Source of the DNA: Lama guanicoe
Lineage: Eukaryota
Reading direction: 5' to 3'
Assembly: GCA_013239625.1 (NCBI GenBank)
Contig: MU054117.1
Coordinates: forward strand, 4,454,677-4,518,676
DNA: 64,000 bases
The notes beneath the pieces are model-generated. The model searched no databases. It saw only the letters and a list, made by a program, of their open reading frames with translations, and was not told the origin of the DNA. Below are positions 35,951-49,238 of this stretch, in pieces. The translations under genes were made by a program, and so were the position numbers. Each line of letters starts with the position of its first letter. The first letter of the stretch is position 1.

Positions 35951-37727
35951 GAGACCGAGCTCCCTCGAAACTACCTGAAACACTAGCTTGTCTAGATTTT
36001 TTTTTTTTTTTGAGGGCGATAAGTATCTGGACTGGAGAGAACTCCCGGAGAGTTGGGGAGAGGTGGGGCAGATGCCTATCGCCACTCTTAGTGGGACGGG
36101 TCCTGTGTTTCTCCGTTTCCGGGATAGATCAGGTGTGGGCCTCACCCTCTCCCAGGCCAGCCTACCCAGCAGCCAGGCGGGGCCACAGGGAGTGGATTGT
36201 TCACCTGGAAAGGACACAGGCCAGGGAGCTCCAGGACTCCCACTGCTGGCCACACTCAGCCCTACTGTAAATGGGAAGCCTGAGGCCCCCAGCAGAAAAG
36301 GGGAGTGTCCCCTCCACTCCTTCCCTTGGGAAATTAAGGAACCACCCAGAGATAAAAGCAGGGAGTAGGGGACCTTCACCTGGTTTGAGGGCCATGTCCC
36401 CTGCTCACAGATGATCAGTGTTTGCCCCTCTGCAGTCAGGGAGGAGTCTGGAAAGACAGCCCCCGTGACACTCCCAAGAGAGATGGCTGTAGAAACAGGG
36501 GCATGCCACCAGAGATTTGTAACAAAAATATGCTTATTCCCCTGGAGCTGGTAACCTCAGGGGACATCTCCTGAGATTTAATCCTCTCTCTGGAAATGAC
36601 TGACCTGCCCTTGCAGGAGTCACCACACCCAACACCTACTCTAGGGAGGGTGGCCCGTAGGTGTCTCCCTGCCCAGCCTATGGCTACTTTAGGGTGACCC
36701 TCCTGCAGTGAGCACCCCGTCCTGCTGGAGTTCCCACAGCCTCAGCAGCCAGCCAGCCAGCTCACCAACCCCTGGCACCAGAAAAGAATGTCAGGAGGCG
36801 AGGGAGCCCTGCCCCACCCCACCCTTCTCCTTTAAGGAGATTTCCTCTCCCGTCCTAGCACGGCCTCTCCCCTGCCGGTCTCCTGGTTGCCCCTCAGCTG
36901 TGTGCCTATGCTGAATGAGGGTTTGGGGCTGGGGGAACCGCAGACCACCAGCATGTTTCCATACCCCCATCTGCCCTGTGATCAGTGCAGGGGGCTGACA
37001 GGAGGCTCCCAGGGCCACTCCGGTATCTGCTCAGCCTGCCACCCCACCCACACCCAGCAGTGCCCCTTCCCTGGGCTAGGTGCTGCTGATGGGCTGTGAC
37101 GTCTGAAACAGAAATGACTCATTCTGGGAAAGGCTGGGTTTAGAATTAGGAATCACTATAGAGATCATCCAGTCCGGCCCTCTTATCCACAGTGAGGAAG
37201 CAGGAACCAGACCAGCATCAACAGGAACCAAGCCAATAGCACAACCGCTAGGAACCTTAAGTCCTGTGCCCTGTGCTCTTCCATCTCCATGACAAAACCA
37301 ACAAGGGGGACCTGGTCATGGGTGGCGTAGGGGAGTAAGCAGTAACTATGTGACCCTGCATCAGTTCAGTGGTCTTGTATTAAGGTCCCTGTAGAGACGA
37401 AGCCCTCATCTTCTGGGCAGTGATGGAATAAAGGAGTACCGTGGGCCCCTTGTGCAGTGTCTTACTGCTGGCCAAGTCCCTTTCCAAGTCCCATGATACA
37501 GCCAGAGCAGAAAGCATTATCCCCATTTTACTGATGACCAGGAAACTAGTCCCCAGAGGGGACAAGTGACTTGTCTAGAGTCACGTGGCAGGGCAGCATC
37601 AAAGGTAAGTTTGAAGGCAGGTCTGGTTGGCTTCAAGACCAGTGCACTTTCTGACGCAACCTGCTGCTGTACCCAGCCGGGTGGGACTGGAAGAAGGTGG
37701 CAACAAGCTCTCAAAAAATAGCTTTTA

Positions 37728-37881
37728 GGGGCAGGGTGTAGCTCAGTGGTAGAGCGTGTGCTTAGCATGCATGAGGTCCTGGGTTCAATCCCCAGCACCT
37801 CCTCTAAACATAAACAAACCTAATCATCTCTCCTCCCCCGCCAAAATAAAATAATTAACTAATACAGTAACAAATTTTTTT
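37728..37881 (+). mobile_element. tRNA-Ala-derived SINE (vic-1-like), first of tandem pair
   Basis: gggtgtagctcagtggtagagcgtgtgcttagcatgcatgaggtcctgggttcaatccccagcacctcc; flanked by aaaaaatagctttta. Confidence 0.92.
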
Positions 37882-37896
37882 AAAAAATAGCTTTTA

Positions 37897-38025
37897 GTGG
37901 GAGGGTATAGCTCAAGTGGCTGAATGCATGCTTAGCATGCATGAGGTCCTGCGTTCAATCCCCAGTACCTCCTCTAAGAAAAATAAATACACCTAATTAC
38001 CTCCCGTACCCAAAAAAAAGAAAAG
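37897..38025 (+). mobile_element. tRNA-Ala-derived SINE (vic-1-like), second of tandem pair
   Basis: gggagggtatagctcaagtggctgaatgcatgcttagcatgcatgaggtcctgcgttcaatccccagtacctcc; flanked by aaaatagctttta. Confidence 0.92.
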
Positions 38026-41000
38026 AAAATAGCTTTTAAGGGAACATATGACCTTAGAGATCTGCTTACTTGGATTTTTTTTTTAATTGAAATATTGCTT
38101 GTGTGGATTATTATGCTTCCCTTTTTTTCACTACTTCCCATTCTCTCTTGGGATCAGGAATGTATAAACTTGGCCTTTGGAACATGATGTGGGCCTTGAA
38201 AAGCAGGAGTTGGGAGGCCGGGGCCACCAGCACGTCATAGACAAGTGATGCTGAGAGGCGGTCCAGCAGGGACCCCGAGAGGAGACGCCACCTCAGTGGC
38301 AGGGGAACGATGCGGGGTGGGGGTGGGGAGCTGTACTTCTCCCTGGCCCTCACTCTCGTCCCCGTGGGACCCTCAGTGACCGCCCTCCCCAAGTAGGGCC
38401 TCTGATGCCCGCAGCCAAACCAGCACCCAGTCTGTTCTCTCAGTGCACCCATGACCCTACCTTTCCCAGCTCTATTTCAGTTGTTTCTGCACTTCCCTCA
38501 GACCTGTTTGCCTACCTACCCTCCAGAAAAAGGCTGAGAGGGGAAACATGGTACCATGCCCGAGTGGCAGACTGAGGGGTGCAGAACCCGGGCTGGGCCA
38601 GGTGGGGAGCAAGGCCTCCCCGCAAGGCCTCCCCGTTCTACCGCACGGCGCCACCCTGCCCCTTCCTCACTGATGGAAATAGCCGGAGATGTCTCTCTCC
38701 CAGGGAATGCTGTCTCCCGGGCCTAAGGCAGCTTCATGGAAACATGGACGGAGGCCTGAGCCAGAGTTCAGGGGCCTGGTATTAGTCCAGCTCTGCCCCT
38801 AGCTCCCTTTGAGATCTTGAACAGGGCTCCTTTGAGCACCAGACCTCAGTTTCATCATCTGTAAAACCAGTGAGTTGGAGCAATTGGTCCCCAAAAGTCA
38901 CTTCAGCTCAGTGTATGAAACCAACCAGCCCCACCCTCTGTGGCCTACAGCAGACAGCATTCCCACATACCCCAAAATAGAAGTCAGGAAATGGAAGTGT
39001 GCAGTGGGTACGCAGGCTGGGCTCAAGTTGGCTTCATTTGACCTTTATCTCTGGGGCCAGATTCTTATGACTCTTTACTGTTAACCACACCCTGTGAGTG
39101 GGGTCTCTCTGTGGAGGGGCGGTTCTTTGTTCCCTTGGCCCTCAGCCTTTTGTAGTAATGCTGCTTGGAGGTCAGAGCATCAGCTCTGGGTTCAACTTCC
39201 CCGTCGCTGGGCGGCTATGGGATAGCAGAGAGCATGGGTGTGATGCACTTAGCACAGTGGCCTAGTGCTGGGTGCAGCGTAAACGTCCAGCGGGAGCTGT
39301 TGTCTTTCGTCGTGTAGAGCAGATAGAGCAGGTGAAGGGGGAGGTGGCAGCTGTTCCCTAGAAGTGAGGAAGTTTAAACCAGACAGGTAGCCAGGCGCAC
39401 ACCCCGAGGCCCCACACATCCCTCCCTTCTCTTTCTCCTCCTGCACTGGTGCCAGCCTCCTGCCTCCACCCGCCTCTGTGATTTCCACATCTGGACATTG
39501 ACACCATTTCATGTGCAGACACGTGTTTGACAGCAGGGTGGCCCCACTCCTGAAAGTAAAACTGTTTGGAGAGAAACCCTAGGACACTGGGATCCTGGGT
39601 CTGGGCAGGGTCTGGATGAGTGGAGTGGTGGTGGCAAAAGCCCCTCCCACCCAACCTGCTGCTTCACCTAGAAGCTGTTTGCCTTCAGTGCTGGGCTGAG
39701 CAAGCAGCTGGGGCTCTTGCATAAAATGGCTCCCACCTCTGGCACCCAGACAGCCGGGGCTCTGGGGGAGCTGCCTGTGATCGGACAGAGGCTGGCAGGT
39801 TTGGGGAGAGTGGAGGGGAGGCCAGGGGTCTGCATCTGCTAAGGAAAACAGGACTTCTCCCTGCCCGGAATCTTGATGGCTTTTCCCCCGACTTTGCCCT
39901 GCAGTGTTGTCTCCAGCAGATCTGACTCCTGATTTGGGGATGGGGAGGATTCCTCTGCACACATGCACACACACGTACACACACACATGTGCGTGCACAC
40001 ATACCCTACCCCCTTTTTTCCAAAGTGGCCCATGGCACTGTTGCAGACTTTACTCTTTGGTGCTCAAAGCAAGTAGCTACTGGTTAAGACTGAATCTGGA
40101 ACTGCTTTGACAAGCAGCCCTTTTGAGGGCCATCCTCATCCTCTGTGAAGTGAGTCTGGTGACTTCAGACCACACAGATCAGTGACTTCATATCTTCCTG
40201 TCGTGTGGGATGCAAATCTTGCCTTTCACACACAAGGCTGTGTGTCCAGATTTGATTTGTCTGTTTCCTTGTTCTGTTCCATTTTATAAGAAGGTGTGGC
40301 TTTTGGAATTGGTCGCACAGTTTGGGACTTAACAAAAGCACCTCGTCTAAGAGCACAAGCCTTGATGGTCTTTCTTGGGTGCGTCTGGCTGTGAGGGTGA
40401 AGAACCCAAGGTCACAGGTGACAGTAGCTTCTCTGGTCTTTTGCCTCCACGGCTGCCTGTTCTGGAGAGACCGCTGGTTGGGGAGAAGAGAGTGAAGAAG
40501 TTTCAGGAAGCTGCATGTTTATGTTCTGTGTTCCTGCCTCCCCCAGGGAGGGGCCAGGGAGCTCTATTTGGACCCACCGTAGGTCCTTTCAACGAAAGAT
40601 TTGCAGAAATGATCTTTCTCTCTTACCTACAGAACAGCGGTGATTTCACTGTTTGGGGCTTTAAAAATCTGGGGAAGAGCCTGTCAGATGCGTGTTCACC
40701 CAGAGACAGCGTTCGCAATGGAGGGAATCCAGGAGACCAAAAGGGCTAATCTCAACAATACATTTTTTTAATTTATGTTTTTAGTCTGACTGCAGATCAC
40801 TTGCCTGTTTCATCCCATGGAAAAAGTCATGCTGGTCCACGGACATTTTCATTTTCCATCAAGTGATGGCAGGCAGCTGTGGAAAGCAGCATCCTGTCTC
40901 CAGATGAGATAATTTTATTATAATTGCATCCATCCAGTAATTCCTCCCCGCCACCAAAAAAATACTTAGTTCTGGATAGTTTTTAAGTACTGTGTGCTGT

Positions 41001-42204
41001 CGTCCTAGACTAGCAGGTCTGAACCTTTTGGGGAATCCCATGAAATCAGCAGGACCTACCTCCAGAAATGTGCACTGCCCATTGCTTTGCTTTTTTTTCC
41101 CCTGGAGGCCTGTAGACCCCCCCATATTGAACATCCCATACTGGTTTTTCTCCCTTGGTTTCCAGGCAACTCCTGCTCTGTCCTGAATCCTGTGTTCCTG
41201 CCATGTGATGCGGGTTGCCTCACTGCTCCCTGGGGCAGCATGGGGAGGGTCGGGAGTACTTTGAGAAGGACATTAGAGGGCCCTAAGTTCCTTGATGATC
41301 AGGGGCAGCCCTGACTAGAGCACTGGCCTCCCCACCCATCCTTGTCTGACTCAGCTTAATCCTTGCTCAAGTTGTGGCTTAGACTCAAAATTAATTTAAG
41401 GAGTGTTTTGTCTTTCTAGCCCCAGAGCTTGGGTGATTTGTCTCTTTCGGGAAGAGCAGGGTTCTGTCTTTCCCACCAAATGGATACTAGAAGGCTCAGC
41501 CCACCTTCCCTGGCCTTGCCTCTGAGGACTGTGGAAAGGGAGAGACGTCCCTCAGGGGGCACTGAGGACTGGTACTCCTGGGTTGCTGACACACAGGCTA
41601 GTTAAGTAGCCAGGAGGATGAAGTTGGCTGACTTGGAGGAGAGGGGCCAAATCTGTTTGATTCCAGAGAAGATCCCAGGGTGGAGAGCTTTGGGGACTAT
41701 CGATGTGGAGTCAGTCAGTAAGCCCTTTTGTTTAATCTTTTTGCCAAGCATCAAGCAAGGCTCTGTTAGGAAAGTCACTCTCCAAAGCTTACCCAGCACA
41801 TGTTCAAGGTCCCAAGTGAATACCTCTCAGGCCGGCTGGCAGCATGACCATGACTCCCACCAAGCTTCTGCCTGCAAGCTGCTAGGACGAAGCCCCTTTT
41901 ACTCCCCGTCTGAGCTGCATGTCAGTGTCCTAGTGCAGAAACAACACAACACATGGATCATAGGTAAAAATCCTTGACAGTGGTTAAAAAAATACAGTAA
42001 AGTACATCAGACCATTTTACTGAATTCAAAACATTTCTATAGCATTTTCGTTTTAATTTCGCTATGAACTTGCATTGACTGAATCAATAGCATGAAAAAT
42101 GATAAGATTGATTTATTAAAACTTTTGATGAAAAGATCAGGAAAATCATAGCTGCGAACTCATTGCATTTCGGCTCAGTGGAAGTTTAGCGTGTTTGTAT
42201 GTGT

Positions 42205-43110
42205 GTTTTCTAGTTGAAGTACAGTTGACAGGCAGCATTCAGTTAGTTTCAGGTATACAACAAGGCGTACTTGGACATTTGTATACATTGCAAAAGATCA
42301 CAGTAAGTCTTGTTGCCATCTGTCATCACACAAAGTTACAGAATTTTTTTTTTCTTATAATGAGAGCAGCTTTCAAGTTTGCAAAACAGTGTTGTTGACT
42401 ATAGTCACCATGCTGTACATCCCATCCCCGTGGCTTATTTTATAACTAGAAGTTTCTGCCCCTGGGTCCCCTTCACCCATTTCGCCCACCCTCCAGCCTT
42501 CCTTCCCTCTGACAGCCACCAGTCTGTTCTCTGTATCTGTGAGCTGGGTTTTGTTTTGTTCACCTGTTTTGCTTTTCCGGTTTCACTTAGTGTAATACCC
42601 TCCCGGTCCATCCACGTTGTCACAAATGGCACGGTTTCTTTCTTTTCTTTTGCTGAATAATATACCATTGTGTATATACCACATCTTCTCTCTCCATTTA
42701 TCTGTCAGTGGACATTTAAGTTCTTTCCATTTCTTAGTTATTGTGAATAATGCTGCAATGAACCTAGAGGTGCATATATCTTTTTGAATTAGTGTTTTCG
42801 TGTTCTTTGGATGAATAGCCAGAAATAGAATTGCTGGATCACATGATAGTTGTATTTTTAATCTTTTGAGGAACCTCCATACTGTTTGCCACAGTGGCTG
42901 CTCCAATTTACATTCCCACTAAGATTGTGCAACGGTTCCCTTCTCTCCATATTCTCACCAACACTTGCTGTTTGTTGTCTTTTTGATGATAGTCATTCTG
43001 AGAGGTGTGAGGTGATAGCTCATTGTGGTTTTGATTTGCATTTCCCTGATAATTAGTGATATTGAGCATCTTTTCATGTGCCTATGGGCCATCTGTATGT
43101 CTTCTTTGGG
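42205..43110 (-). mobile_element. L1 ORF2 C-terminus and 3' UTR
   Basis: Minus-strand ORFs [32 protein letters not shown] and VPFVTTWMD. Confidence 0.9.
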
Positions 43111-43134
43111 ACGTTTGGTGTTTTTAAAAGATAC

Positions 43135-43430
43135 TTTGTTATAGAGTGTGTCTCTCCAAAATCTGTATGTTAAATCCTAAAGTCCAATGCAGTGGTATTT
43201 GGAGGTAGGGCCTTTGGGGGCAATTAGGTCATGAGGATGGGGCCCTCATGAATGGAATTAGTGCCCTTATAAGAAGTGGCCTTGGAGAGTTCTCTCCTCC
43301 TTCAACCATGTGAGCCAGTAATGAGAAGACAGTCCTCTAGGAACCAGGAAGGAGTCCTCACCAGACACCGAATCTGCTGGTTCCTTGATCTCGGAGTTCC
43401 CCCCAGCAGCCTGAATGGACTGAGACATGT
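43135..43430 (+). mobile_element. MLT1A-like MaLR LTR
   Basis: ggtatttggaggtagggccttt..gccctcatgaatggaattagtgcccttataaga..tcaccagacaccgaatctgctgg..aatggactgagaca. Confidence 0.8.
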
Positions 43431-44489
43431 TATTCACAGGTTTGAATCAAAAGCACCTCTCCCTTCTAGATTAGCAATTGCAGTGTGCCCATTTGCACGT
43501 ACCCCTCACCTCCTTGCCCCTCAACAATAGGTGGGAAGCCCTTAGCAGGTTGAGCACTCCAGAGGCAGGAAAACTGTCCCCCTGGGACTCTTCCTCCTGC
43601 TCGCTCTGATGCACTGTGAACACCTTCCTTCTTGTGATGTGGGACCATGGATTTCAACCTGTTAGCATTATGCCCAAGCTCTTTCAAGTGTTCTTTCTAC
43701 AAGCCTGGGAAATCTTCCTGGGTTCTCCTTTCCCCCACTGCAATCAGATTATAGCCCTGACTGCCCAAGACGGATAACCCTTAAGAGACTAGAAAACTCA
43801 TTTCAACTAGAAAGTAGATTCTCTTCCAGTGCTGGGGAGGGACCCTTCGTGTGGGAAGCTGGCACGATCCTCATATTGCAGGTGCCTCCCAGGGCCCGCT
43901 GCCCAGGGCAGTTACAGGCTCTCCTTCCGTTCACCCTCTGCTGCCAGAATGGTGCTGTGGGGGAAGGGCAAAGGCTCTGGGCCCCACCATGGGGCCATTC
44001 CTATAAGGGATAAAAGGACAGTGGCCAGGGGGCAGTTGTGACAATATCTGCGCTTGGCCAGGCTACAGCAGTGGCAAAGCTGGGATGAGAAGAAAACGTA
44101 CCAAGTCACTCTGGAGAGTCTGTTTCCCAGAGTGCTGCTGTATCCACACTCAGTTTCTGGCCAGGGCAGTGAGAGCGTGGACAGAGCTCTCTGGCCAGAG
44201 GCCAGCAAGTGGAAGCTCAGGCTGTCTCTCTAGACTCTGCCTATCAGGCAACGCGCCCACAGAGAGGCCAGGCTCTGATGGCACCTGCAGGCCAGGTGGT
44301 CCTGGCAGGTGCCTTCCTGTCGTGAGAAGGTAGGCCCCCTGCTCCTACAGATGGGAGCTCTTGGGGTGGATAGATGATGCCACTTTTGAAATGGGATCAG
44401 ATATGACTAGGAGGGAGAAGACGAAAGTAAAAAATTCTGGCTCTGAAATTAACAAAACGGATCAGAAAGGCAAAGAGTTTAGCAAAATG

Positions 44490-44650
44490 AGAATTTGGGC
44501 TTCACAGTCAGACTGTTCTGGGTTCAGGCGCCGATTTGCCTGGTGATCTCAAGACAAGCTACAGAACTTCTGTGCCTGAAATTTCTCATCTGAAAAACAA
44601 GTTAATATTACCTACCTAGTGGGTCTAATTGAGAAAATTAAATGACTTGG
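44490..44650 (+). mobile_element. MIR SINE
   Basis: agtcagactgttctgggttc..ttctgtgcctgaaatttctcatctgaaaa..tgagaaaattaaatga. Confidence 0.6.
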
Positions 44651-47109
44651 GTGCAGTTCTCCCGGTGGGGTGTGGGACCCAGCAGACCGCAAAGGGCTTG
44701 CCGTCTACTAATGTGACTGAAAGAAAGTGGAGGTCACGGCGCAGGAACAGGGCAGCCGGTGTCTCCCACCCCTTGGGGCCGTGCACTCAAGTGGTTGCTG
44801 GTTCCACAGACAGAATGAGGGCTGGCCGGTCCTCGTGGGTGAAGGATGTGTGTGTGTATGTGTGATCACCAGGCATCTTCGTGAGGTGTACACAATGGAA
44901 AACGAATGTGCCGTATTCTGGAATTTAAAGCAAAACAGCCCCAAAACAATCCCCCACATCAGATGATTTTGGTTAAGATCAGAATGCCCGCTTTCAGCAG
45001 AAAACGGATTTATGGGCCGGCTGACGTCCACTACACGTCTGGCGAGCAGGCAGTGGAAACTTGAATGAGATTTCTCACTTAGGAGGAGGTTACCATGGGC
45101 AGAGGCCTCCCCCCCAATCCCTCAGCCCTAAACTACTTAACACCAGCGCCTCATATCAGTCGAAGCTTTTCTCCTTTCCTAGACAGAATAAGGGCTCTGG
45201 ATTTCAAGTGACACCAGCTTCGTCCTCAGATGGGAGGACTTCTCAAATCTTGAACTTATTCAGACAGGGTCGCTGCCTGATTTCCATAAAGGTGTGAGGA
45301 GAAAAAGCTTCCAAGGCCCTCATCCTCGGCCACACCCTAGACAGGGGACCAAGCTCCCCGCCTTCCACCAGGGATGCAGGAAACAGGCAGTGGAAAAACT
45401 GACCTCTGCCTGGCACGTGCTCTGCATGTGACAGAGGGAAAAAGCTGACGGCTGAGTCACTCCAGCTCTGCTCTGTGATCATGGACAAGTTGCTTTATGT
45501 CTCTGAGCCTGTTTCCTCATTTCAGGCTAGGATGATTGTAACTACCACGAAGGGTATAAGGCCATCCCCGCAGCAGCCTCAGGCTGAGAGGGACAGCAGG
45601 CCTCACAGTAAGACACTGGTCTCCCAGAATTCCTCTTCTCCCCAGGAGGTCTCTCACTGTGCACCTGCAGGGAATGCCCCGCTGTTAGCAGGCTGAACAT
45701 TCAGAGTGCCCCAAAGACCCAGGCAGTGCAAGATACCTGCACCCACAGGCTGCCACCTTCCTGCCTCCACTCGGGAGGCCCCCAGGTGGGCGAGCGTCAC
45801 CAGAAAGGGAGGCCGAGAGGTCAGCAGGCAGGCGGAGCCTGTGCTCAGGACACCAGCCGTGCCAGCGGCCTGGGAAAGCAACTGCTTTATACTCACAATT
45901 TTGATTTTTTTTTTTAATGTTGCATTATCTAGGTAATGGGGTGGGTGCCACAGTGATCTCCGTGTTTAGAGCCCTCAATGGCCCTGAGAGGCAGAGGTCA
46001 GCCTTCCCCAGGTCCTGGCCTCTTGAGGGTGGTTGGATTTTGTTGTTATGGGTATTGTTGCCCCACCCCCACCCCAAGGTGCCACGTGGTGTAAAAGAGC
46101 TAACATAGAGCAGCAGGGACCCTCTAAGACACAGGAGAATTGTGGAGGAGGGAGGGGTGGACTTGTAGGAAATGCAGTTTCTTGGAGGGAGGCAGCCAAT
46201 TGGTGACTCCCCTTAGGCCCCACTTTCTTTATGTGCATAAATGAAGGTAATAATACAAGCTCCATACAGTTATACAAAGTCAGTGGCAGCAGAAGCGGGA
46301 TGGTTAATGCAAAGCCATTATCGCAGCGCCTGGCTCGTAGCAAGAGCTCAGATGTCAGCCTCTGCAGCTGTTGTGTGGTTACTATTACTGCTCCCTCTCC
46401 TTGGAATTGTTCAGAGGCTGAGGTGGTCCTCAGCGTCCACACGCCCCCGCAACTATTGCTTCAGTTCCTCAAAGCCGCATCACGGGGCACTGCGCAAAGC
46501 TGAAACCCACCACCAGGCTGCGTCCCTTTCAGAAGCTGAATTAGAGGACTCGTCTTTCCGCCTGTTCACGAAACGACTGTTGCTGAGACTTCCCGGGCTT
46601 GGGAGAGGTGGTGGGACGGTGACAGTGTCGCACTTTGCTGGAAAGGGCCCACAAGGATGCTCGACTGGCAGAGAGGCTCCCCTTGTGGAGCCCACCCGAG
46701 AAGCGTGGCCTCTGCACGTCTCCTTCACTGCATTCCAAAAGAGGTGGATGCCTCTTGCGGAGAACTTTCTGACACCTCGAAGCTCCCTTGGGACCTGCGG
46801 ACGGTGGGCTTAAGACCACCGCCTCTCCCATCCTCAGCAGAGGGAGGGGGAAGGGGAGAGAATAGGCCCAAAGGAGGAGTCAGTGGTCGTGCCTTCCCTC
46901 CCCCTTGGCCTTCACCTTGGCTGGCCGGCATTGATGCCCTGAATCAGAATTGTCCAGCTAGCGGGCAACGTACGGTTTAGGTCAGAGCATCTTGCCAAAT
47001 TCAACATGTCCAGACCATCTACTTGTCTTTTCTTGGGGGTTCCTGTTCTTCCCATTAACCAGTTGGCAAGTCGGGGGAGCACAGTGTTGGGAAGAGTGTG
47101 GCTGTGAGC

Positions 47110-47300
47110 TGTTACGTGGATCTGGTTTGGGGTGAGCTCTGCCTCTTGCTGGCTGTGTTATTCTGGGCAAGTTGCTTAACCTCTCTGAGTCTGTTTCATC
47201 TATAACGTAAGTGTGACGAGCAGATTAGATGAGATAATGTACGTAAATCACCTCCTACGAAGCAGAGCATTGTGGGTACTCAAAGTGACCGCTACTATTA
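47110..47300 (+). mobile_element. MIR SINE
   Basis: ggctgtgttattctgggcaagttgcttaacctctctgagtctgtttcatctataa..gattagatgagataatgtacgtaaa. Confidence 0.7.
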
Positions 47301-47967
47301 TTAATTTTCCTTTCTCTAGCCTCTGGAGGGATCACTAATGGACAGAAACGCCTGGCACAAGTCAAATCAATAGAAAGCTACGACGTCATTGACCATCAGC
47401 CTCTGCCTGTGTTCTTTTAAAGAACTTTTTGTTTTCCTAGAATTTGGGGTGATTTGACGAAGAGTCCATTTTCAGACACAGTGGCAGCCTGTCCTAGGGA
47501 GAGTGTGGACTGCAGAAATCCGGGGGTGTTTTTGCCAAGAGTGCCCGGCTGCAGAGGCTGCTGGAGTCGTTTTGGCGACTTGGGGAGGAGGGTTCACGGG
47601 GTGAGGCTGTGGGTGGAGGCACTTGTGGGAGCCAAATGCAGGTTCTGACTTGAGCATTTACTTTGACTTCCCAGCTCTGTGGGTTCTAGAAGGAGTGCTC
47701 GGGCAAGGATCTGTCTTACCTCTTGCTTCCTTCCCCCTTAACTGTCACCATGCAGCAGCTAAGGTGGTCCTCAAGCCCAGTCCCTCTGGCTTTACAGTGC
47801 CAGCAGGGTAGTCGAGCGTGTGAGCGCTCCTTGACACGCACAGGAACCCTGCGCCCAGAGGAGGCTCACACCCCTGCCCCCTGGCTTCGGGCATTTTGGC
47901 ACTGGCATTTAGAAATCTGGTCTCTGAGTTCAGAACCCCCAGAGAGAGATTTTCCACGTCACCTCGA

Positions 47968-48070
47968 TTGTTTTGTTTTTTTTTCCCTAATGGAGGTACC
48001 GGGGATTGAACCCAGTACCTTGCTCATGCTAAGCATGCGCTCTACCACTGAGCTATCTCCTCCCCTCCCC
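47968..48070 (-). mobile_element. tRNA-Ala-derived SINE (vic-1-like), short form
   Basis: Reverse strand atagctcagtggtagagcgcatgcttagcatg..gggttcaatccccggtacctccatt plus A tail. Confidence 0.88.
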
Positions 48071-48102
48071 GCATGGTTCAGTGTTTAAACGAAAGCCTTA
48101 GG

Positions 48103-48285
48103 CCAGCGGTTCTCAGACCTGAGTGGGCATCAGAATCATCCGGGGGTGCTTGTTAAAACACAGACCGCAGCTCACTCAGGTTTCTAATTGAGTAAGTCTA
48201 GGATGGGGAGAGTGAGTTTGCATGTCTAGTTCCCAGGTGATGCTGCTGCTACACCTGGCCTAGGGACCGCACGTTGAGAACTGCT
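48103..48285. mobile_element. MER5A-like hAT-Charlie MITE
   Basis: Inverted termini cagcggttctca..tgagaactgctg, internal gcatcagaatca..cttgttaaaacacaga..ttcccaggtgatgctg. Confidence 0.85.
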
Positions 48286-49062
48286 GTCCTGGAAAAAAGT
48301 CTCCCAGTGGCCTTTGAGGATCCAGGCTTCTGTAGATTTGCAGCCCGGCAGAAGCCCCAAGGGGATGAGGTGGCCCCCAGGTTGATGGTACGCGCAGAGG
48401 GAAGGGAGGGGTGGCTGTTCTCCAGGACTGTGATCTCTGGAGCTTTTTCACGGGTCTCGAATAAAACTAAACTTAGCACTATGCCCTGGTTGATATCTTT
48501 AAATTCTGCTGAGAACTAACAGTTGACTTGGGATCCTTAGTGAAAGCAAGTCATGGCTGCGTTTTCTGATCGGCGTGGAATGTGTTTGTGTTGTTTTCAC
48601 GGCGGGGGCGGATTGGGGGGACTGGAGAAGGCAGGATTCTGAGACCTCTGTTCCTGCCGAAGCGCTAGGTCCTTCCAGAGGCAGCGGCTGGGGGAGGAGG
48701 GTCCCGGGAGAGGGTGAGAAGAGGCGGTGGGGACCGGCTCCTGTTTGGTCTCACTGGCAGTGCCCGGCCCAGGCTCCTGACCATGAATCAGCCCGCAGAG
48801 GCTTGGCACGCACGCGTGAGCCGGGGTTGCCATGGAGATGGGTGAGGCCGAGAGCCCACAGGTCTAGGTGGCCTGACTTGTTTTTAAACACTGAAGCCTG
48901 TGTGAACACAGAGGCCCTTATTACCACTCCGGAGGCTTCCGTCAAGCGTGACCGGTGGGGAAACTTGCATCCTCTGTGATCAGCCTCTCGCTGACTTCCT
49001 GGGTGCCAGGGGCGGCTCTGCCAAGGCCTCCTAAGTCCAGTACATTGAAAAAAAAAATCCAA

Positions 49063-49238
49063 GGGGAGAGAGTATAGCTCAGTGGTAGAGCACATGCTTA
49101 GCATGCGGGAGGTACAATCCCCAGTACCTCAGTTAAATAAGTAAATAAATAGATAAACTTAACTACCTCCCTCCCCCGGAAAGAAATTTTTTTAAAAAAG
49201 AGATGACACAGTTTCCACAGATTAGAACCTGGATATTT
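49063..49238 (+). mobile_element. tRNA-Ala-derived SINE (vic-1-like) with damaged B box and 3' extension
   Basis: gtatagctcagtggtagagcacatgcttagcatgc; exact 14-bp flanking repeat aaaaaaaaaatcca at 49048-49061 and 49239-49252. Confidence 0.85.

Noticed and set aside
37728..37802. Apparent tRNA-Ala(AGC) gene (likewise the other eight copies)
   Set aside because: The acceptor stem is mispaired at its base, CpG-type decay is visible, and A-rich tails with TSDs follow. These are SINEs, not tRNA genes.
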